The translations under genes were made by a program, and so were the position numbers. Below the pieces are notes generated by a model. The model ran no database searches. It was not told the origin of the DNA and saw only the letters and a list, made by a program, of their open reading frames with translations. From Hormiphora californensis (taxonomy: Eukaryota > Animalia > Ctenophora), in contig CM035354.1 of the NCBI GenBank assembly GCA_020137815.1, positions 7,626,001 through 7,690,000 of the forward strand: 64,000 nucleotides of DNA, read 5' to 3'. Numbering within the stretch: position 1 is the stretch's first letter; the number at the start of each line of letters is the position of its first letter. Below, one piece after another: positions 1-11,491 of this stretch.

Positions 1-726
1 GTCCTATCATCCTCTCCCTTACCATCACAGGACTATTTCTCCTTTGCTACTTCTACAAGGCCGCCCGACGGTTCACAGCTCACCCTCCTCCTGTTTGTTT
101 CATACTGTTACTCAGTCTACAGTCGTCTCCAACTGAACTATCTAGAGATGGTTAGCGGTAAAATGTCTGCACTAGAGAAGGATCTCCCTGCCCACTGCAG
201 GAGCGAGTTCACCCTAACTAGTTGGTTGAGTGCAGTGTGGAGTACTGTCCAGGTTGGGGATCAGTGCAAGAAATACCACACTCAGATCATCTCAGATCCC
301 CTCATGGGTATCAAACCATTTGAGAGTTTGTTTTACCCCCTCATGTCTCTACCCCTTATACCACTCACTGTGTTGGGTGAGGTTCTTGGGCCGTTCCTGG
401 AGAATATTCTCGCTCCATTTTCCTTCCCAGTTCAGCTAACAGTTCTTGCCTTTTTATCCGTTCTAATATTCTCCGTCGCATATGCAGCAGTTTCCCTGCG
501 ACCGACTGTATCACCACCTCCCCCTCCCCCTCAAGTCAGCCCTGAGAAACTGGAGGAGCTTCAACAGGCGGTACTGAGCCAGTTAGAAGAGTTGAAGTGC
601 GAGTTCAGGAGATCAGTTGAGACTGATATCATGGTGATCAATGAACATGATTCGGTCTACGGGGGTGGAAGGGTCACTCAGCCGAGATTGTGTAGTCACG
701 GTGACTCAGGGTGCAATGAGGAATAG
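1..726 (+). CDS. CLCC1: Chloride channel CLIC-like 1 (MCLC family), 3' part; 5' end lies outside the window; probable indel near 70-80
   Basis: 'HC..EFTLTSWLSAVW...DQCKKYHTQIISDPLMGIKPFESL...PLTVLGEVLGPF...PVQLTVLAFL' parallels the MCLC core (C..W..W...DPCQKYYE.L.V.P). A further hydrophobic helix (PIILSLTITGLFLLCYFYK) lies in frame 3 at 3-60. Confidence 0.7.
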   Translation, partial: VLSSSPLPSQDYFSFATSTRPPDGSQLTLLLFVSYCYSVYSRLQLNYLEMVSGKMSALEKDLPAHCRSEFTLTSWLSAVWSTVQVGDQCKKYHTQIISDPLMGIKPFESLFYPLMSLPLIPLTVLGEVLGPFLENILAPFSFPVQLTVLAFLSVLIFSVAYAAVSLRPTVSPPPPPPQVSPEKLEELQQAVLSQLEELKCEFRRSVETDIMVINEHDSVYGGGRVTQPRLCSHGDSGCNEE

Positions 727-973
727 ATATTGTGGTTTTTCAGAAAAGTTTGTAAACCTTATTATGCGTGATCTGTGAGACGTTTTTAATGGACGTTTTT
801 TTAAAGAATGTGAAGTGAAATATGTATCAGTTTTGAAATTGTAATATAAGAATTCATTTATTCATCACATCAACAATATGACAAGTAATGATCCCTGATA
901 TTTAACTTAACATTCCCCTCTTGGTTAAAGCAAGCTTCTTCCTATCTAGCACCTGATTAGTTAGGATGACTCA

Positions 974-3900
974 ATGAGCGACTACTCCAGTATATTCAGT
1001 GGGTATACTGCATACCCTGGTTACCATGGTAGCGCTGCAGCAGTGACCCCTGAGCCAGCAGCCACTGCCAGCTACTACTAATGCCGGGTATAGTCAGGCG
1101 GCAGGGGCAACTGGCACTAACTACACAGCATACGGGACAGACCTATAACTAGTGGGTATGGGACCCAGCAGCAGGCCGGGGCAGCTAGTGCGGGAACCTC
1201 TGCCAGCAATTACAACTATGTAAGTACGATCCCCTTGCTGCCTATCCTATACCCATGAAGACAACACAGATATAATCGTTTTTGTGACTTGGTACTTTTC
1301 ATAAACATGATGATAAAACTCATCTAAACATTGTTATGGGTTGGTTCTATGTGATGCTGTTGAGGCTCTACGTCAGAGTCGCAATAGCATACATGTTAAA
1401 GATATTGTTTAGTCTATCGATTTGGTATTTATGGTTGACTAAAATTTAGGGGCACACCATCTCTCTTGTCGTTCTCGTATCAAAAACCATTCTACAACAT
1501 CAATTTATCACCAATCTGACACCCAGTACAGTGCAGTAGTAGCTCTCTAATTCCCTCCCCTCCCAGATGGATTGGGCCTCTGCTGCCACCGCTGCTGCAA
1601 TGTCAAGTGTAATCAGCGCCAACACCCCTGACCCCGCAGCCAGTACAATGTCCCACCACTCCAACAACAATAACAACAACTACAACAGGACCACCTATAA
1701 CAACAGTTCCAGAGGTGGGGGAGGTGGTGGTGGGCAACATTCCAAACCTTACTCCCGGCCAACTTGGGCCAAGAAGAAGCCCATTATTGCGGGTGGTGGT
1801 GCTGGTGGGGCTAGTGTGGTCGGTGCTAACGCTACCTACTACTGTGAGCTCTGCAAAATCAGCTGCATGGGATCAATGGTTAGTAAAAATAGAGAACTAT
1901 CTGAGCTCTGGTGTAGTGAGCACTTGATTGAAATCAGAAAGCAGAAACACCGAGATTTTGTAATTAATCAATGATTTATTAAATCCGATAACAACTCTCG
2001 CCCTCTTTAGACCTTCAAGGAGCACTGTAACGGACAGAAGCACAAGAAGAAGGAGAGCGAGAAGGCAGCTGCAGAGAGAAGGGCCAACATGGGGGACGAG
2101 GAAGCATCTCTGGTTAAGAAACCAGCGCAGGGACATGGTTACCATAGTTACGGGTATGGTAAAATGTACCGGTGTGAGCTTTGTGAGGTATCCTGTACCG
2201 GGGACCAGGCATTCAACTCTCACATGTCAGGAGCTAAACATAACAAGGTACTGTTGGAATCATGTTTTTATATCATTCATTCAAACTTGTTATTTAGAGA
2301 TTTCATTTTAACATTTTGTACCATCCATCAGACTGTCCTACTGTTCAAGAGACTGGGGAAGGCCATCCCAAATCCCTCCAGTATTAGTGCTAAAGGAGGT
2401 TAGTTAATATTTCTTTTACTCTGTGAAGCATTTCAACAAGAGGGGGATTAACCGGTGTCTTCCCAAAATTTAATGTTTTTGAAACCTGTTTTTTAAACCT
2501 GAGAGTTAGGTCTCTCCCCGAATCTAAAATAAACCAAAGTTTGAAGATACCTGGTTATTCTCTTCCCTTACAGAAAAGACGGAGGTCGACGTTGAAACGG
2601 TCCGAGTGGAGCTCGCGGTAATAAAACATTGGAATTATCGAGTTTTCTCATCTCTATCCTAATTTCTCCCAACCAATGCTCGATAGTCAATTTGTTTTAT
2701 GATTTTGTCATTTAATTTTCTTGTGACACAAGTTGTGTAGTTTCATTTTATTTAGTTGATGATCATCTAAATTAATCTTTCCTGCAGAAACGTGCCGAAA
2801 AGAAGGCTAAAGATGAGAAAGAAAGAATTGAGAAAATGGTTAGTTTTTTGGTTTATGTAATTAACTTTGTCCTACTTTGATTGTCCGTTGTCGGAGTTCA
2901 GTTTTTAACAAGATCTCCTGAAGAGATTCTCCTCTGACCAACAACATCCTCTATCACAGACCCAAAGGCAGCAGGAAGATGAAGAGAGAGCACAAAAGAA
3001 GATAGAAGAGATAGAGACAAGGAAGGTGCAGATGGAGGAGAGAAGGAAGAAGTGGGAAGATGATAGATGGAAGAGGGAGGAGGAGTGGAGACAGATGCAG
3101 GAGACTAGTGAGAGGGAGTGGAAGGAATGGCAGGAACACGAACAGGCTGAAACTGCACCTCACCTTCTCCAAATGGGAAATGTAGGTTCACCCACGCTGA
3201 CCACTATCTAACTATGTATATCTAATGCAAATTTGCACGGAAATGTGACACCCTATCGTCAATGTGACGACGTGATCCGTCAATGTGACGACGTGATCCG
3301 TCAGTGTGACGACATGATCCGTCAGTGTGACGACGTGATTCGTAGGTATCACGTATCACACGTGTTGAGAACTGCTTGCGACTTGAGGGGTCACATCACA
3401 TGTATAAAAGGGAGAGAAAGAGAGAAAAAGAGAGGGATCACATCACATAGCAGACAGGCAGAGAGAAAAACATAGAAACAGACCCCTCGATTTGCGATCG
3501 GTACGATCGCCCCAGTTTTGCCCCATTCTGACACTTCCCTCTCTCTGTCAGGCAGCCCGAGAAGGAAAGAACAATGACAACAGGGTGATAATGGACCTCC
3601 ACGAGCAGATATACCCTGAACAGGGGGAGCTGAACGCCATCAAGAAGTTGATCCAGGTGACGGAGGATCACCTGAAAACCATATCCGATGCAATGAGGGA
3701 TGAGACTGAGCAGGAGCTGAAAGATAAAGGTATGAAGAGATAATTGTTTTTACATTTTCTGAACATGAAGGGAAGTTATTGAGAGAGGTGGAACAAGGCA
3801 AGGAAATGCGATGTGGGTAAATAATTGGTTAAACCAGGAATTTTAGGGGGAGGGACGGCTAATTCCTTCTTTGCAGTTAGTCCTTATGCACCAAACGTTT

Positions 3901-6224
3901 TAAGTCTGAAATGGAGGATATATTTTGTGCAGGGGTATATCTTTGTTAAATTCGCATAGATGGTGTGATGACTCGACAGCTTTTACTGAAGTTGTTATAA
4001 AACAATGTTTGGTTGTCATGATTGGGAGATGATAGATTGTATGATCGTTGTTGTCAGTCTGTAACATTGCTCCTTCATAAATGTTTCCGACTATTTACCT
4101 AGTTCTCTACAAAGAGGAGCGGCACTGTTCCACTGTCCGGTGGAATTACAAGTCCTATTATCAGAGCTCCCCTGTAGTACATGATTCTCTTGACATTCAA
4201 TCGTCACCGTTCCTCCTTCATTTGTATCGGTCCAACTTCCTTGCACTGATCCGTCCACGGTAAACCCGGGGCACACTGAAGCTAATGGTAAAAATTGAGT
4301 TGATATTTGTAAGGGAGCGCATTGCTAATTACTATGTAAAATAACAGCTGTAATTCATTACCTGTTAGCATTTTGTAGCTATCTGAAGCGGTGTCCAGTT
4401 TACCATCAAATTGAATATTCGTCACAACATCTCCTTCCCACCTAGATACACATTGACCCTTATCATGATTACTGTCACTGAACTGATAGTTCACAACCTC
4501 CACCCCATTCCCAGTAGGAAACTTAGGTGATCCTTTGATCCAGGATACCAGCCAAATTATTCTTTGCGTGTTCAGTCGGACCCCGATTTAGGGGCCCCCG
4601 ATTTAGTGGCTCCCGAGTTAGGGACATGACCATCCCAAACATGCTCCTACTGAAATTTCCATCTTGGTATATCTGCACTTATACCTTTATGGAACCAGGT
4701 CCCTCATATATAGACGGAGGGAGAAACTTTCTCATTCCCCTGACCCCTCCAATATGACAACGGGTGATCTTGTAATTTGATACCCGGCTGGTCTACCAGC
4801 CGGGTATCAAATACCAGCCGATGATCCTGTGATGACAGGATCACTAAAGTTTCGTGCAGGATCACTTCAGGATACTGCATTGAGAGCTCGGATACTGTAT
4901 ATGTAATATGATCCTTATGGCTGGTCGGCTGGTTGTAATTTTACCAGCCCCCGGGTAGCTCAGTAAGTAAGGACGTCCCACGACAGTAACTGTGTAACAC
5001 AAGAGGTACCCAGTTCAAATCATATCTCCCTTAAAAACTTAAATATTGTTTTGATTATTATGTATAATTAATTTAAAAAATGTTTCGATGTATTTTTTTC
5101 TTACCAAAATGTTGATACAATTTTGATAAAAATAAAAGTTTGATGCACTTAGTTTTATGAACTTTACGAATTTTAGTACGTAGTAAAATTAAATTAAATT
5201 ATTAAAGAATTTATGTACATATTATACTATAATACACGTACTAGTTTCTTGTGGAAATATGCTGTCATATTATTATTATGTATATACAATTATATATATT
5301 ATATATATATGATGTATAAGGTTAAAATTTTCATAAAATCGTCATTTTTGATGACGTCACTAAACTTATTTAACCAGCCAAATTTTTGATGACGTCACTT
5401 ATTTAACCAGCCAAATTTTTACCGAATTTTAGGATACCAGCCGGATTGTAAAAGTTTCCTACTGGGACCCCATTGCACTCTATACTAATACTGGTGTTCT
5501 TCTTTTGGATTGTCCACGTCTTGTCCACTTCCTGTGGTGTCTGATCTGGGAGGTGAGTCCAGCCGGAGCAGTAGGTTATAGTGTATCTCATATTTTTAAA
5601 GTTCACCACCAGTTGTCCGAGATCACCCGTAGCTGCAGTATAAAAAATGACCTGGATCCTTCCGGTGCTCCCGGCAGTGGAGTTGGTTTTTATTTGAAGA
5701 GGGGTGCTCTCGAGATCACATGGAATTTCAGTATCATGTACTACTTGACTCCAAGTAGCTGAAATAAGATGATATTGGTTACAAGGGAAACTAAATTTGC
5801 ACAATTCCTACCGGTGGTGATGGGTGGTGAAAGGCTCACCTTCTGTTGTAGGAGCCAGTAGTGGCAGTATAATAATCAACAGAAACAACCACATTTTGGT
5901 TATTTGTGTAGCTATCCTCAGCTCCTAGCAATAGGAGCTGTTAGCACAAACACAACGGACACTTGGTATTGCTGAATTGAGAGGACGTGCTCTCAAACAA
6001 GTTGAATATCTTCCTTTCACTCTCTCCATGTCTCTCACTCACGTTGAAAAAATATTAAATAATTCTTTTGCAGCAACATAAATCTCTCCATTATTTGGTA
6101 TGTGTCTCGCTTTAAGATGGTTTACCTCAGCTAATGGTGTTGTCTTCTTGACATCAAATTATATCCCTCCCTCTCTACCTTTTTTGTCTGTATGTGTGTG
6201 TGTGTATTATTATATGTGTCACTA

Positions 6225-6255
<31 letters not shown>

Positions 6256-8802
6256 CAATTTGGGTGCATAAGGACCTCTCAGTCCTCAGACTAACTATTA
6301 TAAGTGAAGAAGCTAGCCGTCCCCCTCCTGAATTCCTGGTCCTTAGCCAAATCGCATGTATTAAATCTAACCCGGCTTATTAGGGGGTATGTATAATACC
6401 GTATAACCGAGATAGCCCGGATAGCCCGGATAATAGATACTTTCAGGAAAGCCATTCCAGCCTATACGAGATGAAACACTCCGGCAATCAAGCCCAGATG
6501 ACTCGATTAACACAAATAGATCAGATAACTAAGTCCAGATATTCTGGATTGTCCTCTGGGCTATCCTGAAAGTATCTATTATCCGGGTTATTCGAGCTAT
6601 CTGGGTTATCCGGGATTATACATACCCCCTAATCATTCACCCGAGTGAGATAGAGAAGATATAGTCTTGATAACACAATGTATTTTCAGGTCTGGATCTA
6701 AAAACTGAGGAAGGTGCGTCAGCCGTGGAGACTCGAGTTCTAAAGGGCTGCCTCAGATTGGGTGATCTGGCTAATGGCCTAATTCTCCGGGGTGATTTCG
6801 ATTTGGATATGCTGGTGTTCTGCACTGATAAACCAACTAAATACATGCTACAGAATGTCATGACAAAGTTCGAGGAATTGCTCACGGTAATTGAGAGATA
6901 AAGATAACATGCCAATTTAACATCTGGACAACTAATATTTTTTGCAACTTGTATCATTATTATGCTTACTTGATACTTCATTCTATACAAACGTACCAAG
7001 AATATATCTCACCCAGGAATCCCAAAAGAAAGTACTAGAGGTAAAGTTATCTGACAATAAAGTTGGGTTTACTGTCCATGATAAGGCTGGTTACCAGGTT
7101 ACTGTTACTATGAGTAGCAAGGCAATGGAGGAGGAACTGACACCCGCTGCAGTTACCGGTGAGTTAGAGGTGTTGTAATGTAACCGGTGAGTTAGAGGTG
7201 TTGTAATGTAACCGGTGAGTTAGAGGTGTTGTAATGTAACCGGTGAGTTAGAGGTGTTGTAATGTAACCGGTGAGTTAGAGGTGTTGCCTGTTAAAGATG
7301 TGTGATCCAATCAAATATCAATAAATCAAAACTCTTAGTACTTAGTAGAGGGGAGCGACTGAAAAAAGGGGTAACGCAACGAAAAAAGGGTAATGAGTAA
7401 TCACAAGTAAAATAACAAAATATTTCAGGTGATATTGCATCTAAAGTTCTGGACAGAACACTCTGCATGAAGGCAGTTCAGGACCTCAAACACGCACAAT
7501 GGTTCTCTAAAACCATCTCCACCTGTCCCTCGGCAGGTAAGTTGTGTTTCACGTGATGCCCATATATGGTGTTGTGTGTCACGTGATGCCCATATATGGT
7601 GTTGTGTGTCACGTGATGCCCATTATGTAATATGGTGTTGTGTGTCACGTGATAGTTCTCTAAATCCATCCTGTCTCTCAGTGATTGCGCTAAGGATCCT
7701 CCACCACCTGCTGAGGAGAGAGGACATGTCACACTGGAGGGATGCCATCTCCAAACGGGCACTTCACGTTATTGTTGGTAGGTGTATGTTGCACTGTGCA
7801 GATGTGATTTGTCAAATTTTCGAAAATGTCGAAAGTGCCATATTCATACTCTGATCTGGTTTACTCCTTACCATACTATAAGATATGTATCTCACAATCA
7901 AGTCATATGACCATTTCTCTCTCTCCGCAGGTGAGATTTTAACTGCCGGACGGGGTCGCCGCTACTCTCCTGGTGGCATTATAAGACGGGTGATGGAGGT
8001 GATTGGAGCGGGTGTTCTGTTCCCCAGTCTAGGAGGTGTCACTCACCCTGCCCTGGAGATATCCTGCCTGAAACCTGATGCATCCCTGGAAACCGTCCAA
8101 CGGGTCACCATGGAGGCTCAGGATGCTGTTCGAGCGATAGCTTTCAATCGTGTCCACGAGTTGCTGAATATGGAGCCCGTTCCTGATGTGGTACCTGAAC
8201 CATTACTCCCCTCCCCTGGTGGGCCTCCTGGTGGAGTCCTTGGTTCTGGACCCCCTCGTGGCGGACCCCCTCATGGTGGACCCATGATGGGTAGGGGAGG
8301 ACCGCCCCTGGAGGAAGGGTATGATGGTGCACCTGGGTACCCTGCACCTATGAGGAGGTTCCACCCAGGCCAGATGGGGTATGGACCACCACCACCTGGA
8401 CCAATGTGGGGTGGACCCCGGGGAGGTAGGGGTGGTGGACCTGGGTTCGGGAGAGGAGGTAGAGGAGGAGGAAGGGGTCGTGGCGGGAGAAAGAGGGGTG
8501 GAAAGAGTAAGTCAGAATCAGCGGAAGGATCGACAACAGAAGAGGGTACAGGAGAAAAAGAAGAGGCTGCAGGTAATGAAGGAGAGGAGAAAACAGGAGA
8601 GGGTACTGACGGCAACCCAGCTGCCAATGAGGAATCGATGGAAGTTTCGAAGGAGGAAACTCCCCCGACTCCTGCTGCAGAACCAGTGGTTGAGAAACCC
8701 GATGCGACACCTTCAGAGGAGCTAAAAACTGATACAGAATCGAGAAAGAGAAAATCGGAGGAGGAAGAGGCCAGCGATTCTAAGAAAGACAAAACTTCTT
8801 GA
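974..8802 (+). CDS. ZFR: Zinc finger RNA-binding protein (matrin-type fingers + DZF domain + RGG/acidic tail), multi-exon. Approximate exons: 974-1219 (frameshifted), 1567-1878, 2011-2247, 2332-2398, 2574-2617, 2788-2838, 2960-~3180, 3552-3728, 6690-6886, 7016-7158, 7429-7535, 7682-7777, 7931-8802
   Basis: YYCELCKISCMGSM/TFKEHCNGQKHKKK; YRCELCEVSCTGDQAFNSHMSGAKHNK/..LFKRLGKAIP; DZF start 'DNRVIMDLHEQIYPEQGELNAIKKLI'; 'RVLKGCLRLGDLANGLILRGD'; 'LKHAQWF'; GT-AG junctions. Confidence 0.9.
3257..3345. repeat. 21-bp intronic minisatellite, about 4 copies
   Basis: (cgtca[a/g]tgtgacgacgtgatc)n is directly visible. Confidence 0.85.
4091..5894 (-). pseudogene. Nested antisense gene in a ZFR intron: secreted protein (signal peptide + beta-rich 'TPLQIKT' module + Sushi/CCP domain), interrupted by a DNA transposon; may be a disrupted allele
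   Basis: Exon 5894-5840 encodes MWLFLLIIILPLLAPTTE followed by GTGAG. The next exon runs ~5759-4362 and becomes continuous when 4510-5466 plus one TSD is removed. Exon 4275-4099 has Sushi spacing C-P...C..N..L.G....C...G.W....P.C. Confidence 0.75.
4510..5466. mobile_element. Non-autonomous TIR DNA transposon with 8-bp TSD
   Basis: TIR cccagtaggaaactt / aagtttcctactggg; identical flanks accccatt (4502-4509 and 5467-5474); AT-rich interior. Confidence 0.9.
6381..6631. mobile_element. Palindromic MITE in ZFR intron
   Basis: tagggggtatgtataat / attatacataccccta termini with internal inverted blocks (cggataatagatactttcagga / tcctgaaagtatctattatccg). TSD not resolved. Confidence 0.7.
7152..7288. 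repeat. 28-bp tandem repeat (about 5 copies) containing a 5' splice site
   Basis: (accggtgagttagaggtgttgtaatgta)n starts at the ZFR exon end G|GTGAGT. Confidence 0.9.
7545..7653. repeat. ~30-bp intronic tandem repeat with CACGTG core
   Basis: (tcacgtgatgcccatatatggtgttgtgtg)n, about 3.5 copies. Confidence 0.85.
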
Positions 8803-8891
8803 TCATAGTTCATTGTTAGCTTCAACAGCCATTATGTTTTACAATTTACACATATCTTTATTTTCTTCGTGAAAGTTTTAGTTTTATTTCC

Positions 8892-10441
8892 TGTTTGGTG
8901 TTACTGGATTGGCGTTGGACTGGTTTAGGAGTTACCTAGGATCGAGGAATTTTCAAGTGAACATACGAGGAGAACTTTCAGCGGCTATTGCCCTTATCTG
9001 TGGGGTTCCACAAGGATCTCTGTTGGGACCGGTTCTTTTTCTACTTTACATTGAGGAATTACAGGATATTGCCCGGCCATACGGTTTGAGCATCAAGCTC
9101 TATGCTGATGACTCTCAACTATATGTTAGCCTGATACCGACTGATGCGGATGGATGGAATGTAACGAAGCAGGCAGTGGAGGAGTGCCTTGGTAACATGA
9201 AGAAGTGGATGGTCTCTAACTGGCTAAAGTGTAATGAAGACAAGACAGAGTTTGTCCTCCTTGGGAAATCTAGCTCTTTGGAAAAGCTCAATTTTGATCC
9301 GGTAATAAACTTTGGGGGTACGTCATTAGTACCAATGAGATGCCAAGGACAGACTGGAAAAACACTAGGAGTACTACTTGATGATCACCTTACGTTGGAG
9401 CGTCAGGTAAATAATGTGAAACGACAATGTGGACTGATGCTGAAGAACCTCTGGCAAGTTAACAAGTGCCTAGACAAGAGTACTAAGATCCTTCTTGTAA
9501 AGCAGTTGGTGATATCAAAGATTGACTATTGTAATATCTTGTACTATGGACTGCCACAACGAATCCTTCAAAATCTACAGAAGACTCTGAACTCCTGTAT
9601 ACGGTTTGTCTTTAATCTGAATGGTCATCAAGATGATTACATGGAGTATTTCAGAGAGGCTCACATTCTTCCGATACAGCAGAGATTAACTTTTAAGGCA
9701 TGCCTGCTGGCTTACAAGATTGTTCGAGGAACTGCCCCTAGGTACTTGTTGGATCTGGTACCTAGGGATGAGGAATATGGATCACTGAGGATGACGAGGG
9801 CTACAACTGTTCCAGACTTTTTCCGGCTAAAATATCCCAAACTGTCCAGTATCAATGCAAACTCGAAGTTGCGTCGAAGAAGACTTTCGGTGTTTCTTCC
9901 TGACGTATGGAATGATCTCCCCCTTGAGCTCAGATCAGTTCATCCTGTTGATCTGTTTAAGACAAGACTAAAGACAAGGTTATTTCAGGAGGCATTCGGA
10001 TCTGCTTCAGAGTTGTAATCGGAGGTGTCCTATCCTTCCCCTTTCCCGTGTCGAGCAGACAATTCTAGCATAGCAATTCCTTACTATTTCTCTTCCTAGG
10101 GCTATTATAGCAGGGGGGCTGCTGATGCAGTTGAGCTGACTTTTGTTTGTAGCATGAGGGCTGCTGGCTCTGTTTCTTTATCCCGATTTATAGTCTGTTA
10201 TTTAATTGCAGCTAACAAGTTGTTTTCCAGAAGTTTATGTGTCCCGTTTATCCTTAGGCTTTTTTCAATTTTTTTGGAGTATATAATCAGTAGTTGTGTC
10301 TATTTTGTTCTAAGTGAGTCAGGATATTAACAATCTTGGTGTACCGCTCTGAATCTGGGCAGTGTTGGACTCATGTCAATGATCCAGCCCTGTCTGGACT
10401 GAGCGGTATACTAAAAACCCTTTATTATTATTATTATTATT
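8892..10441 (+). mobile_element. 5'-truncated non-LTR retrotransposon (L2/CR1 group); RT C-terminal ORF 8909-10018
   Basis: GVPQGSLLGPVLF, LYADDSQLY, NEDKTE, LGV.LD..L, KIDYCN, PRYL, WNDLP; 3' UTR with terminal stem (taccgctc / gagcggta) and (TTA)n tail at 10421-10441. Confidence 0.92.
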
Positions 10442-10479
10442 TTCAATCGACCGAGAAGGGACCATTTCGGGAAGACATC

Positions 10480-10730
10480 GTCAGGCGCGGGCACATGCTT
10501 CAAATGGAAGTACACCATTTCGTCATTCTAAAAGCGCGCGTTAAAATTACGCGCAAACTTATTAACGCGGCGCGTCAAACAATCACCTGTTCATCTGATC
10601 CAAAACTTTTATTTGAAAGCAAAGGCGAGATTTTTTTTCAGGTTTCGCAAAAAAAAATTCAGGTTTCGCAAAAAAAGGTTCCTTGAATCTGGTCTCGTTA
10701 CGAAGTTATTGATCAAACGATGTTTTATAG
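10480..10730 (+). promoter_or_regulatory. Putative promoter/outron upstream of TRMO
   Basis: Cluster of CGCG motifs, duplicated ttcaggtttcgcaaaaaa, and acceptor ttttatag ending 8 nt before the ATG. Confidence 0.4.
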
Positions 10731-10738
10731 TCTCTATC

Positions 10739-11491
10739 ATGGCCGACGAAGATAATTTCTCCATCAAAGCGATAGGGAAATTTCGAAGTTGTTTCTTGAC
10801 GAAAAATGGAACTCCTCGTCAGCCTAGTGTTTGCCCGTATGCTCGGGGAAGTGTGACAATATCAGTTTTTAACAACCCCAATCATAGCTTAGAACACATT
10901 GAGGATTACTCTCACGTCTGGCTCATCTTTATCTTCCACCTGAATAGTGAGAGCAAGGAAAAAGCCAAGGTTTGCCCTCCTCGATTGAATGGATCTAAGG
11001 TGGGCGTGTTTGCATCTCGGTCACCCCATAGACCAAACAATATTGGAATGAGTTTGGTTCGTGTGGATATGGTAGAGAATGGGACATTATTTGTTTCTGG
11101 AGCTGATCTAATAGACGGTACCCCGATAATCGATATAAAGCCTTATATCGAGTACTGTGACAAACCGGCTGAGAAATCACGATGTGCAGAATGGATAACT
11201 AACCCACCAACTCCCCCTCTCCAAGTCTCGATAACACCCGATGCTAGACTGCAGATTGAGACTGCTCCACGGAGGTTTCTCCACTCGCCCGAGGAATTGG
11301 AACAGTGTATCAGGGATGTATTGGCAGGTGATCCACGTTCAATATACCGCAAGAAACAGGGAGAGGTGGAATTTAGTTTCCCAATAGACGCTGTTGATGT
11401 GCGTGTTAGGGTATCATTGGATGACTGTGCTACTGTCGTGGATGTTCAACAGACAGATTTTGTGAGGGATTTGTTAAAAGCGAATAATTAA
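10739..11491 (+). CDS. TRMO: tRNA (adenine(37)-N6)-methyltransferase, TsaA/TrmO family; single coding exon
   Basis: IGKFRSCFLTKNGTPRQP, YSHVWLIFIFH, KVCPPRLNG..VGVFASRSPHRPNNIGMS, GADLIDGTPIIDIKPY, DPRS.Y. Start moved from 10613 to the ATG at 10739. Confidence 0.95.
   Translation: MADEDNFSIKAIGKFRSCFLTKNGTPRQPSVCPYARGSVTISVFNNPNHSLEHIEDYSHVWLIFIFHLNSESKEKAKVCPPRLNGSKVGVFASRSPHRPNNIGMSLVRVDMVENGTLFVSGADLIDGTPIIDIKPYIEYCDKPAEKSRCAEWITNPPTPPLQVSITPDARLQIETAPRRFLHSPEELEQCIRDVLAGDPRSIYRKKQGEVEFSFPIDAVDVRVRVSLDDCATVVDVQQTDFVRDLLKANN

Noticed and set aside
10613-10738. Basic N-terminal extension of TRMO
   Set aside because: Non-ATG start across homopolymer repeats upstream of an acceptor; ATG 10739 is the likely start.
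10739-11491. Bacterial horizontal transfer of tsaA
   Set aside because: KNGTPRQP is the eukaryotic TRMO-type motif, and several neighbours are also intronless.
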